From positions 1 through 61,733 of the forward strand of contig JADGNX010000002.1 of assembly GCA_017883265.1 (NCBI GenBank): a stretch of DNA of 61,733 nucleotides. The letters are read 5' to 3'. Shown here one piece after another: positions 8,604 to 17,712 of this stretch (positions are counted from its first letter, which is position 1; each line of letters begins with the position of its first letter). Position numbers and translations under genes: made by a program. Below the pieces are notes generated by a model that did no database searches, was not told the origin of the DNA, and saw only the letters and a list, made by a program, of their open reading frames with translations. The DNA is from Thermoanaerobaculia bacterium (GTDB lineage Bacteria; Acidobacteriota; Thermoanaerobaculia; Gp7-AA8).

Positions 8604-11597
8604 TTAGAAGAGAACCTTGGCTGCGAACTGGAAGGTGCGGGGACCGGCCGAGGTTGTAGGCGAGTTGAAGCCGGTGAGGGGATTGTTGCCGATCGGAGTC
8701 AGCGTATTCGTGCCGGAGTTGTAGCTGTAGAAGGTGTTACGGACGCGGATGACGTTGCTGCGATTGGTAATATTGAAGGCTTCGGCGATGAGCTGCATCC
8801 GGAGGGAAGAGCGGAGCGGGACTTCCTTCGTCAGTCGCGGATCGATCGACAGCTGCGACGGAAGGCGGAAGGAGTTTCGCGCGAAACCTGGGGCGCGATC
8901 GTTGGCCCGGTTGAGGTCGTTGTTCAGATCGAGCGCTCCAGTAACCGAAGTGACCGCAGTGAATGGCTGACCACTCTGGTAGGCGGCGATGCCGCTGAGG
9001 GTCCAGCCGCCGAAGATCGTGCGAGCCATGCTGCTCGTCATCCGGTCGGCGTAGTTGCCGATGGTCCAGACTCCGCTCAGCACGATGCGATGCTTCACGT
9101 CTGTGTCCGAGGGAGCGAAGTCGCCACCGATGTTGAGGGCATCCTGAACCTCGCGCGCATCGTCCACACCAGGCACGACGATGGTCGCGTCGGTGTGATC
9201 GTCCTTGGCGTTGGAGTAGGTGTAGGCCAGCCTGGCTTGCCAGTTGTTCGAGAGATGCTTGTTGAGGTCGAGCGTCACGCCGCTGTACTTCGATCGCCCG
9301 TTGCTCTGGAACTCGATCACGCGCTGAAAATTGGTGAAGGGTCGCGTGCTGGAGTATTGCTTGACGTCCACTGTGCCGCCGCCGGCGATGTTGACCGTCT
9401 GAGTGGTGGAGGCGCCGATGTTGATGTCCGCCGAGCGCGGGAGATCGCTCCCCTTGACGTACTGGTAAGTCACCCCAACGGTGAAATCATTCGTCAGGGC
9501 GTGCTCGACTCCCAGGCTCGACTGATCGACGCGCGGATCCTGAAAATCGGGAGCGAAGACGAAGATGGTCGGCTTCGGAAGGGTGACTCCGGTCGGAATC
9601 GACGGGAAGCTGTTCGGATACTTCGGTGCCAGGCTCTGTGGAAAGTTGATGGTCAGAACCTGAATGCCGTTCTGGGAGTCCGCCGTTCCGACCATGATGG
9701 CCGGCGTGCGACCGTAGAAGACGCCGTAGCCGGCCCTCACGACTGTCCGATTGTCGCCGCCGGGGGTCCAGGCCAGGCCCAGACGCGGTCCAAAGTTGTT
9801 GTTGTCGATGTGAATCCGGCCGGTGTTGAGGTTGGCGGCCAGGAGCTGCGGATCGGGGTTGGAGACGGACGGCTGCGCGATCCCCTGCTTGTCCCAGCGG
9901 ACGCCGGCATTGACCGTCACGTTGGGAATCCCGTGCCATTCGTCCTGGAAGAAGACTGAAGAATCGGTCAGGTTCGGGTTCGTCGTTCCGCCCGTCGTCC
10001 CGGCACCGGGGAAGGACTGGAGGTAGGTTAGGGGGATGTTGTTCTGGAAATCGGCTAGGCTGTTGAAGGTGTAGACGCCGCTGAAATTTCCCGGGAAGAA
10101 ATTCAGGATCTTGTCGCGGTTGTAATCGAATCCCGCCTTGAGTGTGTGCGTGGTCCAGAGATACGTGACCGTGTCGGCGATTTGGTTTCGCTTGATGGTC
10201 GTCTCACGCGGGCTGAAGCTGTTGCGTCCGATCGTGAGGACTGTAACTCCGCCCTGGCGGATGGTGGCCTCGGGGAGATTGCTGTTGGCCAGTCCGGGCT
10301 CGCGGTCCTTGGCGTACTGGCCACGGACCTCGTTGTACAGCGCACCGTTGCCGACCGTTGTGAAGACCCCGGAGAGCGTATCGGTATTGACCAGCGAGTT
10401 GCCGGTGTGCTCGACGGCGCTGACGATTCCACCGTTCTCGAAGTTGACGCCGGTAAATTTCTGGCGGTTGTAGCGCATCGACAGGTGGCTCGAGCCGAGG
10501 AGCTCGCTGTCGGTCTTGAGGAGGAAGACATCCTGATTCTGATTCTGAGCGTAACTGGCGGCGTGAGACTGGAGGGTAGCCAGACCGGCCTGTGATGCCG
10601 CGTCGCCCGGAAAACCGCCAGAGGGCTGACCGAGGACCACGAGATTCGGGATGTTGTTCCGCTGCGCATCATAGTTGGCGAAGAAGAAGTGTTTGTCGCG
10701 GACGATCGGGCCGCCGAGGCTGGCTCCATATTGAGAGAAGTGGTAGGGGCCGGCAGGGCGATTCGAGAGCGTGTTGATGAAGTCGTTCGACCGGTACTTG
10801 CGGTCGCGGTAGAAGTCGAACGCCGTTCCATCGAAGTCGTTGGTGCCTGACTTCGTGATGACATTGATCACCGCTCCGCCGGCTCGTCCGAACTCGGCTG
10901 TATAGCCGTTGGCGTTGACCTGGAACTCCTTCACCGCGTCCTGGCTGAACTGATACGGAGCGCGTCCCGAGCCGGTCCGGCCGAGAGACTGCCCGAAGAA
11001 GGTATTGTTATTGTCTGCGCCATCGACGACGAGGCTGTTGAGAGTTCCGCGCTGCCCGGCGAAGCTGATGTCGCCGCCCCGCGGATCCTTCACCACGCCA
11101 GGCGTCGTCAGAACGAAATCGATGAAATTGCGTCCGTTCGCCGGCAGGTTCTCGATGGCCTTCTCATTGACCACTGAGCTCACTTCGGAGCGCGTGGTCT
11201 CGATGGTCGGCGCTGCCGCCGTCACCGTGAGACTCTCGGCCACACCGACGCGCATGCGCAACTTCAGCGTTTCCGTGGTGCCGAGATTGACGACCACTCG
11301 CTCCAGACGGGAGGACTGAAAACCGGAGAGATCTGCCGAGACGCTGTAAGTTCCGGTTGGTAGCAGGTCGATGCTGAACGACCCTGTTGAGTTCGTGACA
11401 GCGCTTCGAGTGGCATGGGTGTCCACGTTCGTGGCCGTAATCGTTACGCCGGGAAGAGCGGCTCCCGACTCGTCCGATGCAATGCCCTTGATCGAACCGG
11501 TTGTGCTTTGCGCCAGTAGCGCTGCGGGAGTCAAAACTATAAGTAGTGAAATGAGGAGAAGCTGGATTCCACGGGCCGATAGACGGTTCATTGGCAC
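8604..11597 (-). CDS. TonB-dependent receptor with N-terminal carboxypeptidase-regulatory-like domain
   Basis: Signal peptide, then GSIKGIASDESGAALPGVTITATNVDT...TGTYSVSADLSGFQ (CarboxypepD_reg-like), a plug/barrel-length body, and a C-terminal aromatic ...FAAKVLF. Confidence 0.85.
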   Translation of the reverse strand: MPMNRLSARGIQLLLISLLIVLTPAALLAQSTTGSIKGIASDESGAALPGVTITATNVDTHATRSAVTNSTGSFSIDLLPTGTYSVSADLSGFQSSRLERVVVNLGTTETLKLRMRVGVAESLTVTAAAPTIETTRSEVSSVVNEKAIENLPANGRNFIDFVLTTPGVVKDPRGGDISFAGQRGTLNSLVVDGADNNNTFFGQSLGRTGSGRAPYQFSQDAVKEFQVNANGYTAEFGRAGGAVINVITKSGTNDFDGTAFDFYRDRKYRSNDFINTLSNRPAGPYHFSQYGASLGGPIVRDKHFFFANYDAQRNNIPNLVVLGQPSGGFPGDAASQAGLATLQSHAASYAQNQNQDVFLLKTDSELLGSSHLSMRYNRQKFTGVNFENGGIVSAVEHTGNSLVNTDTLSGVFTTVGNGALYNEVRGQYAKDREPGLANSNLPEATIRQGGVTVLTIGRNSFSPRETTIKRNQIADTVTYLWTTHTLKAGFDYNRDKILNFFPGNFSGVYTFNSLADFQNNIPLTYLQSFPGAGTTGGTTNPNLTDSSVFFQDEWHGIPNVTVNAGVRWDKQGIAQPSVSNPDPQLLAANLNTGRIHIDNNNFGPRLGLAWTPGGDNRTVVRAGYGVFYGRTPAIMVGTADSQNGIQVLTINFPQSLAPKYPNSFPSIPTGVTLPKPTIFVFAPDFQDPRVDQSSLGVEHALTNDFTVGVTYQYVKGSDLPRSADINIGASTTQTVNIAGGGTVDVKQYSSTRPFTNFQRVIEFQSNGRSKYSGVTLDLNKHLSNNWQARLAYTYSNAKDDHTDATIVVPGVDDAREVQDALNIGGDFAPSDTDVKHRIVLSGVWTIGNYADRMTSSMARTIFGGWTLSGIAAYQSGQPFTAVTSVTGALDLNNDLNRANDRAPGFARNSFRLPSQLSIDPRLTKEVPLRSSLRMQLIAEAFNITNRSNVIRVRNTFYSYNSGTNTLTPIGNNPLTGFNSPTTSAGPRTFQFAAKVLF

Positions 11598-11786
11598 TCC
11601 TTTCCGAGGCTATGTCGGAGGCATCTCAGGTAGGAAAGGACTCAACAAAAAAGGGACGAAAGCTTGGTCGGAGAATAGCATATCGATGCGTTGCTCTCGC
11701 ATGACCGCTCGGTTAAGTCGGTGCACAAAAACGGATGGTTCGGCGTGAACGAGCAGCCTCGTATTTCGACCTCAGAGGGAGTGAGT

Positions 11787-13190
11787 ATGCCGATTCAATC
11801 TGTCAACCCCGCAACGGGGGAAATTCTGGAGGAGCTGGAGGCGGCGTCGGAGTCAGAGATCGACCACGCCATCGCCGCCGCTCACGCCACGTTCCAGCGG
11901 TTCCGCGCCACCTCCTTCTCCAACAGGGGGCGTTGGATGACGCAAACTGCAGACGTTCTCGAGCGGCGTAAGCACGAGCTGGCGCGGGTGGTCACCCTGG
12001 AGATGGGAAAGCCGATCAAAGCGGCGGTCGCTGAGATCGAGAAATGCGCACTGACGTGCAGGCATTACGCCCAGCACGCCGAGCGTTTTCTCGCGGACGA
12101 GCCTGTGAAGACCGACGCCACGCGAAGCTTCATCCGATTTCAGCCGCTTGGGATCGTTCTCGCCGTCATGCCGTGGAACTTTCCGTTCTGGCAGGCCTTC
12201 CGATTCATCGCTCCAGCTCTGATGGCCGGGAACGTCGCCCTCCTCAAGCACGCCTCGAACGTTCCGCGATCCGCCTTGTGGATCGAGCGGGTCGTGGAGG
12301 AAGGAGGGTTTCCGAAAGGCGCTCTGACGACGCTTCTCATCGCATCCGGCCAGGTGGGGCGCATCCTCGAGGATGAGCGAGTCCGGGCGGTTACGCTCAC
12401 TGGAAGCGAACCGGCTGGAAGCAGCGTCGGCTCAACGGCCGCTCGTGCCATCAAGAAGAGCGTGCTCGAACTGGGCGGCAGCGACCCGTTCATCGTGATG
12501 CCTTCGGCCGATCTCGAAAAGGCGGTCACAACGGGCGTGAAGGCGCGGGTCGTCAACAACGGGCAGTCCTGCATCGCCGCAAAACGCTTCATCCTCCACG
12601 AGGCCATCGCCGACCGGTTCACTGCCCGCTTCGTCGAGTCGATGAAGGCTTTGCGGGTGGGAGATCCGCTCGATGAGAAGACCGACGTCGGGCCGCTGGC
12701 CACCCCTCAGATTCTCCATGATCTCGACCGGCAGGTGCGCGCGTCGGTTGCGGCCGGAGCCCGTTTGCTGACCGGCGGAAAGCGGCTGTCCCTCGGCAGG
12801 GGCAACTTCTACGAGCCGACCGTGCTCGCAGACATCCCGGAAGGAGCGCCGGCATATGCCGAGGAGACCTTCGGACCCGTGGCCTCGCTCTTCCGCGTCC
12901 CTGACATCGAGCAGGCCATCCGCCTCGCGAACGCCACGCCGTTTGGCCTGGGGGCCAGCGTCTGGACTTCCGATGAAGCGGAGATCGACCGGTTCATCGA
13001 CGGAATCGATTCCGGTCAGGTATTTGTAAATGCCATGGTGGCTTCCGATCCGCGCCTGCCGTTCGGGGGAGTGAAGCACTCAGGATTTGGCCGGGAACTG
13101 GGAGTCTTCGGGATCCGTGAGTTCGTCAACGTGAAGACGATCTGGATCGACATGAAGAAATCCGGCGGGAAGTCAGAGCTGTCGGAGTAA
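11787..13190 (+). CDS. NAD(P)-dependent aldehyde dehydrogenase (succinate-semialdehyde dehydrogenase-like)
   Basis: MPIQSVNPATGE..., FPFWQ, VLELGGSDPFIV, catalytic NNGQSCIAAKRF, EETFGPV. GAGGGA Shine-Dalgarno (SD) motif upstream of the ATG at 11787. Confidence 0.85.
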   Translation: MPIQSVNPATGEILEELEAASESEIDHAIAAAHATFQRFRATSFSNRGRWMTQTADVLERRKHELARVVTLEMGKPIKAAVAEIEKCALTCRHYAQHAERFLADEPVKTDATRSFIRFQPLGIVLAVMPWNFPFWQAFRFIAPALMAGNVALLKHASNVPRSALWIERVVEEGGFPKGALTTLLIASGQVGRILEDERVRAVTLTGSEPAGSSVGSTAARAIKKSVLELGGSDPFIVMPSADLEKAVTTGVKARVVNNGQSCIAAKRFILHEAIADRFTARFVESMKALRVGDPLDEKTDVGPLATPQILHDLDRQVRASVAAGARLLTGGKRLSLGRGNFYEPTVLADIPEGAPAYAEETFGPVASLFRVPDIEQAIRLANATPFGLGASVWTSDEAEIDRFIDGIDSGQVFVNAMVASDPRLPFGGVKHSGFGRELGVFGIREFVNVKTIWIDMKKSGGKSELSE

Positions 13191-13291
13191 GCCGAAGTCC
13201 GGACGAGGGCGAACTCCTACCTTACTCGGTGCCGGGTGTCGAGGCGCGCGAGAATGCCGCCACGCCGCCGGGACGGTGGCCGGATCGTCGA

Positions 13292-13996
13292 TTACCCTGC
13301 GCGCTCCTCCAACTCGCTCTCGAGCATGAACGGGGCGCCCTCGCTGTCGATCGGCTCGCTCTCAAAGACCCGGAAAACGCACTGGCCGTCGCCGTCCTGA
13401 AACTTTTGCTCGCGCGCCACCCGGACACCGAGGAGTCGCGACAGGGAATTGACCGAAACACTGCAGAGCATCGGACGGGCCATGGCGGTGTTGTAAAACG
13501 GACAGTTCCGCTCCACGAGCTGGTAGCCGTCCTCGACCTTCTCGCTCTGCATGTACGGGTCATCGTTCAGATAGAGGTCCCGCAGGGCATCGACCCGCTG
13601 CTCGAGAGTCAGGCCGGCAAGACGAGGCTCGAGCTCACGTACGCGGGCCTCTGTGATGCTGGCGAGAATTCGCCTGGCGGCGCCGGCGCCGAGTTCTTCC
13701 ACGACCTTGTCCAGGATGGTGATAGCCAGGACGTCGTATCCCTTCGGGAAGAGATGATCGCCGGCCGCGGAAAGTCGATAGAGCGTTGCCGGACGTCCCG
13801 TACGAGCCGGATCGCCGGCAGCGCGCGCCGATCGGCTCTCGATCCAACCATCGCGATGAAGCTGCAACAATTGCTGACGAACGGCTTCGCCCGTGACCTG
13901 CATCGCCTCGGCGAGCTGCGCGATCGTGGACGGACTCCGTTTGAGGGCGATGAGGATGGAGCGCCGACTGTACGGTAACTGGTCGATGTTAAGAAT
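13292..13996 (-). CDS. SufR-like winged-HTH regulator with C-X12-C-X27-C motif (start uncertain; conservative ATG at 13903)
   Basis: The ATG ORF begins in the middle of the HTH (MQVTGEAVRQQLLQLHRDGWIE). The frame stays open upstream and encodes RRSILIALKRSPSTIAQLAEA, with no ATG/GTG/TTG. ATT at 13996 lies 7 nt after GGGAG. C-terminus: NCPFYNTAMARPMLC...GDGQC. Confidence 0.6.
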   Translation of the reverse strand: MLNIDQLPYSRRSILIALKRSPSTIAQLAEAMQVTGEAVRQQLLQLHRDGWIESRSARAAGDPARTGRPATLYRLSAAGDHLFPKGYDVLAITILDKVVEELGAGAARRILASITEARVRELEPRLAGLTLEQRVDALRDLYLNDDPYMQSEKVEDGYQLVERNCPFYNTAMARPMLCSVSVNSLSRLLGVRVAREQKFQDGDGQCVFRVFESEPIDSEGAPFMLESELEERAG

Positions 13997-14035
13997 GGTC
14001 TGGCTCCCAGGGCAGTATCGAAATCGTCAAACATT

Positions 14036-14056
14036 GCGAAATTGTCCGAAATTCGC
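14036..14056. promoter_or_regulatory. Candidate operator upstream of the SufR-like gene
   Basis: GCGAAATTGTCCGAAATTCGC is an imperfect palindrome. CGAAAT occurs three times (14019, 14037, 14047) in a locally AT-rich stretch. Confidence 0.3.
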
Positions 14057-14169
14057 CCTCAGGTCTTGGTTCACTTTAGAAACCCGTCGACTCTTTGTCA
14101 AACGATACCTTGTAGAAGTCCGCGCAGGCCACAATAACGCAATGTGGGCCGGCGCAATGTGGGGACGAC

Positions 14170-14203
14170 GCTTCTGTTCCTACTAGAAACAGAGAGCAGA
14201 AGC
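14170..14203 (-). terminator. Hairpin downstream of bshA
   Basis: GCTTCTG...CAGAAGC is a 7-bp stem with a nested CTGTT..AACAG helix. No U-tract; the call is positional only. Confidence 0.3.
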
Positions 14204-14292
14204 TCCGTCCCCAACCCACCAACCCACACAAAGCTGCCAGTCGATCTACTGGGCGCGAATCGGGATGGAGACCGCGACGCGGGGCTTCGGGT

Positions 14293-15420
14293 TCAGGGAG
14301 GACTGGAAATGATCCGCTCGTAGAACTGGCGATAGCAGGGAACCACTTTCGCCACATTGAATCGCTCGACAGCCAGCTCCCGGCCGGCGATACCCATCCG
14401 CTTGCGGAGCGCATCGTCCGAAAGAATCTCCATGGCTCGGTCCGCCATGGCGTCGATATCTCCGACCGGCAGCAGGTATCCATTCTCGGCGTCGATGATG
14501 AGCTCGGGAAGGCCTCCGGCTGAGGTCGCGATCACCGGCACTTCGGAAGCCAGGGCCTCGAGCGCCGCCATCCCAAACGATTCGGTATCGGATGGCAAAA
14601 GAAACAGATCGCTTGCGCCGAGGAGCTCCTCGATATTCGGAACGTTACCGAGAAAGAAAACGCGATCGCGCAGTCTCCGGTCGCGACAGAACGCCTCGGC
14701 CTTTGACCGATCCGGTCCGTCGCCAACCATGATCAAGCGGCTCGGAATCTTGCGCGCAACGCGGGCAAAGACCTGCATGACATCCATGATTCTCTTCACC
14801 GGCCGGAAGTTCGAGACATGGCAGATCAGTTTCTCGCCGCCCGCTCCGAGCATCCTGCAGATGTCGCTGTCGTGACGCTTGAATCGCGAAGGGTCGACGA
14901 AGTTCGGGATGACTTCGATCTCTTTCTCCGTGGCGAAGTTCTTCGCCGTCTCTTCCTTCAACCACCGCGACACGGCGGTGACCCCGTCAGACTTCTCGAT
15001 GCCGAACTTCGTGATCGGCAGGTAGCTTTCGTCTCGTCCAACCAGAGTGATGTCGGTGCCGTGAAGAGTGGTGATGAAGCGAAGGCTCTGGCCGGCCAGA
15101 ATCTGCTTTGCCAGATAGGCGCTGATGGCGTGCGGGATGGCGTAGTGAACGTGAAGGATGTCGAGTTTCTCATAGGCAGCGACCTCGGCCATCTTCGTCG
15201 CCAGCGCCAGCGTGTACGGCGGGTAAGGATCGAAAAGCGGATACGGCGTGACTGTGACTTCATGAAACCGAACCCGCTCATGGAGGATGTTGAGGCGCGA
15301 AGGCATCGCATAGCTGATGAAATGAACATCGTCGCCGCCTCGCGCGAGCGCGATGCCGAGCTCGGTAGCCACGACGCCGGAACCGCCGAACGTCGGATAG
15401 CAGGTGATCCCGATTTTCAC
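14293..15420 (-). CDS. bshA: N-acetyl-alpha-D-glucosaminyl L-malate synthase BshA (GT4)
   Basis: Collinear by eye with Bacillus BshA: MKIGITCYPTFGGSGVVATELG, TTLHGTDITLVG, HVSNFRPVKR, MVGDGPD, ESFGMAALEA. Confidence 0.9.
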   Translation of the reverse strand: MKIGITCYPTFGGSGVVATELGIALARGGDDVHFISYAMPSRLNILHERVRFHEVTVTPYPLFDPYPPYTLALATKMAEVAAYEKLDILHVHYAIPHAISAYLAKQILAGQSLRFITTLHGTDITLVGRDESYLPITKFGIEKSDGVTAVSRWLKEETAKNFATEKEIEVIPNFVDPSRFKRHDSDICRMLGAGGEKLICHVSNFRPVKRIMDVMQVFARVARKIPSRLIMVGDGPDRSKAEAFCRDRRLRDRVFFLGNVPNIEELLGASDLFLLPSDTESFGMAALEALASEVPVIATSAGGLPELIIDAENGYLLPVGDIDAMADRAMEILSDDALRKRMGIAGRELAVERFNVAKVVPCYRQFYERIISSPP

Positions 15421-16148
15421 GACACCTCCCGTCCGCGGAAGGCGGCCACAAGGTCTTCGACCCGAGGCGGCTGTTTACTGACGAAGGCCTCGCCGTAGTC
15501 AGCGCCGATGAGGGCACCGAAATGCCGTCCCCGTGCTTCGATCATGTCGACGAACGACCTCTGCGCGATCATCGTGAGCGGCTCCTTCGACTTCGGGTTG
15601 TAAAACTGCGATGAGTACGCAGCGATGGCGCGCATCTTCTTCTTCCAGAGGCCGGTCACGTCGACGACCAGAGAGGGAGTGAACTGGTAATTCTGGAGGT
15701 AGTAAATGACAGCCTGCGGACGATGAGCGGCGTGCTCGGTGTCGAGATTCTTCAGCCCTGCGTAGAACCATGTGTCGGTGATGAGCTGTCCGGTCCGGGT
15801 GTGGTCCGGATGGCGGTCATCGGGATAAGGAGCGAGCAGAATCGACGGTGTGTGTCGGCGGATCAGCTCGATGACCGCCAGCTCCTCTTCCCGGCCCGTT
15901 CTCAGCTGGCCGTCACCGAAATCGAGCTGCCTGCGGAATGATGCGCCCAGGATGTGCTGTGCGGCCCGAGCCTCTCGAGCCCGGATGGCTGGCGTTCCCC
16001 GAGTCCCCATCTCGCCGCGTGTCAGATCGACGATGCCAACCTGGAGCCCGTCCGCGACGCAGTGCGCCAGGGTAGCCCCCGCTCCGAGCTCCACGTCGTC
16101 GGGATGCGCCCCGAATGCAATCACGTCTACATGATCCCTGCTGTCCAT
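15417..16148 (-). CDS. bshB: Bacillithiol biosynthesis deacetylase BshB (LmbE family)
   Basis: VDVIAFGAHPDDVELGAGATLA, PDDRHPDH, IAAYSSQF. 4-nt overlap with bshA. Confidence 0.87.
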   Translation of the reverse strand: MDSRDHVDVIAFGAHPDDVELGAGATLAHCVADGLQVGIVDLTRGEMGTRGTPAIRAREARAAQHILGASFRRQLDFGDGQLRTGREEELAVIELIRRHTPSILLAPYPDDRHPDHTRTGQLITDTWFYAGLKNLDTEHAAHRPQAVIYYLQNYQFTPSLVVDVTGLWKKKMRAIAAYSSQFYNPKSKEPLTMIAQRSFVDMIEARGRHFGALIGADYGEAFVSKQPPRVEDLVAAFRGREVS

Positions 16149-16149
16149 C

Positions 16150-17712
16150 TCATACTCCGATGATCTTGACGATGGCCGCGTCCGGCTCCACAGTTTCGAC
16201 CATGCGGTCGATCAGCGCACTGCCGTACTGGCGCCAATACGGGTACCACGACACGATGCGATCCTGAGGTGTGCCGCCTGGAAGGAGGACAGACGCCAGC
16301 CGCATCACGGCCGCGTATCGCTCCTTGTCCTTTCGTTCGACGGCCCGGATGGCCCTCTCGCTCAGCCGTTGGAAGTGATAGCGGATATGCTCGATCGATC
16401 GTCCTATTGACCGGGCAAGTGAGTGATCTGCTGGCAGTGCGATTCCACGAATGCGGTCGATCTCCGTCTCCAGCGCTGCCTGAGCTGTGAGAGCAATGCT
16501 TCGGATCTCTTCGATGCGCGCAACCTCTCTAGCGGCCAGCGGTCGCATGGGAGTGGGGAAGATCTCAGCGGGCGAGATCCCGTGACGCTCGACATTTCGA
16601 AACAGCTTTTCGGGTGCCACCAGGAGATGGCCGCGAAGCATGACTCGCGGCCGCGGAGCGTCGATGAGCTCATGCAATCCCTCGAGTTGGGCGTAGTAGG
16701 AAACCTCGGCAGGACCTCCTACGAAAACGTCGGGCTCAAACACGTAGTCCTGAAGGAGCGGTCGCGTGAGGGCCGCGGTCGAGAACTTTGTGGGGTCGCG
16801 CTGCAGGAGGCCGGCCAAATCGGCGGCGGTTGTCGTTTCCTCGCCGATGGTCCACGACTCCCCGTCGAAATGCACGAGGCGGCGGTCCCCTCTCTGGTCG
16901 AGGTGATAAAAAAGGGTGTATGCCTCGTCCGGTCGAGGCTCCACCTGCGGCCGATACCCCGCCGCCTCGATCCGTTTCGCGTTCGTCTCGAGACAGCCCT
17001 GGACCGCGCTCCACGACTCGAGAACCGATTGAAACATCGGCGAGCCGGCGGCTCGGACCTCGGGTAGAAGGGCATCGACCAGAACGATCGAATCGCCGAA
17101 TACCTCTCGAATCAGTCGGGCAAAAGAATCGCGGAACGTGATTCCCTGGCTGAGCCACGAGGCCGCGGGACCGAAATCGCGAAGCAGTCGCTCGCGGAGC
17201 TCGCGAGGCACTGCCAGACTGCCCACGGTCCGGCGGCTCTCCGGCCGGCTTCGGGCGCGTACTTCGACGATGCCCTGGTCACCGGGCAGAGTAACGCTGG
17301 CGACCTCGCTGAAATCGTGGTCCTCGGTGGCGAGCCAGAAGAAAGCGACGACCGGCCGCCGATGGCGTGCTTTGAGATCGCGGCGAAGATGGAGGAGCGA
17401 GGCGATCTTGGCGAGTGTATAGAGAGGACCGCCGGCGAAGCCGACCTGCTGTCCGGCAATGACCGACATGGCCTGGCCCGACGACCACTGTTCGACCGCT
17501 GCGCGCGCATCAATACCCCACTGCGCATTCGATGCGATGAGTCCGGCAGAAAGTTCAGCGGCCACCGGACGTCGCCGCGCTCGCGGTGCTATGGAAGGAC
17601 GCTGGAGAAGAGACGTCGCCTTGTCCCGATTCGAGACCCAGTCGAGAGCAAAGGGGCTGATGCCGGGATAATCGGCCAGCGGTACGGCAATCGTCGACTC
17701 GCCGCTGCTCAT
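16150..17712 (-). CDS. bshC: Bacillithiol biosynthesis cysteine-adding enzyme BshC
   Basis: GQQVGFAGGPLYTLAKIAS, FWLATEDHDFSE, FSTAALTRPLLQDYVFEPDVFVGGPAEVSYYAQL, PQDRIVSWYPYWRQYG. All match the YllA/BshC pattern. Confidence 0.9.
   Translation of the reverse strand: MSSGESTIAVPLADYPGISPFALDWVSNRDKATSLLQRPSIAPRARRRPVAAELSAGLIASNAQWGIDARAAVEQWSSGQAMSVIAGQQVGFAGGPLYTLAKIASLLHLRRDLKARHRRPVVAFFWLATEDHDFSEVASVTLPGDQGIVEVRARSRPESRRTVGSLAVPRELRERLLRDFGPAASWLSQGITFRDSFARLIREVFGDSIVLVDALLPEVRAAGSPMFQSVLESWSAVQGCLETNAKRIEAAGYRPQVEPRPDEAYTLFYHLDQRGDRRLVHFDGESWTIGEETTTAADLAGLLQRDPTKFSTAALTRPLLQDYVFEPDVFVGGPAEVSYYAQLEGLHELIDAPRPRVMLRGHLLVAPEKLFRNVERHGISPAEIFPTPMRPLAAREVARIEEIRSIALTAQAALETEIDRIRGIALPADHSLARSIGRSIEHIRYHFQRLSERAIRAVERKDKERYAAVMRLASVLLPGGTPQDRIVSWYPYWRQYGSALIDRMVETVEPDAAIVKIIGV

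Noticed and set aside
8592-9959. 455-aa ORF antisense to the TonB-dependent receptor gene
   Set aside because: The minus-strand product has a coherent receptor architecture. The plus-strand ORF is compositionally biased (R/G/D/V) and has no SD motif or other start context.
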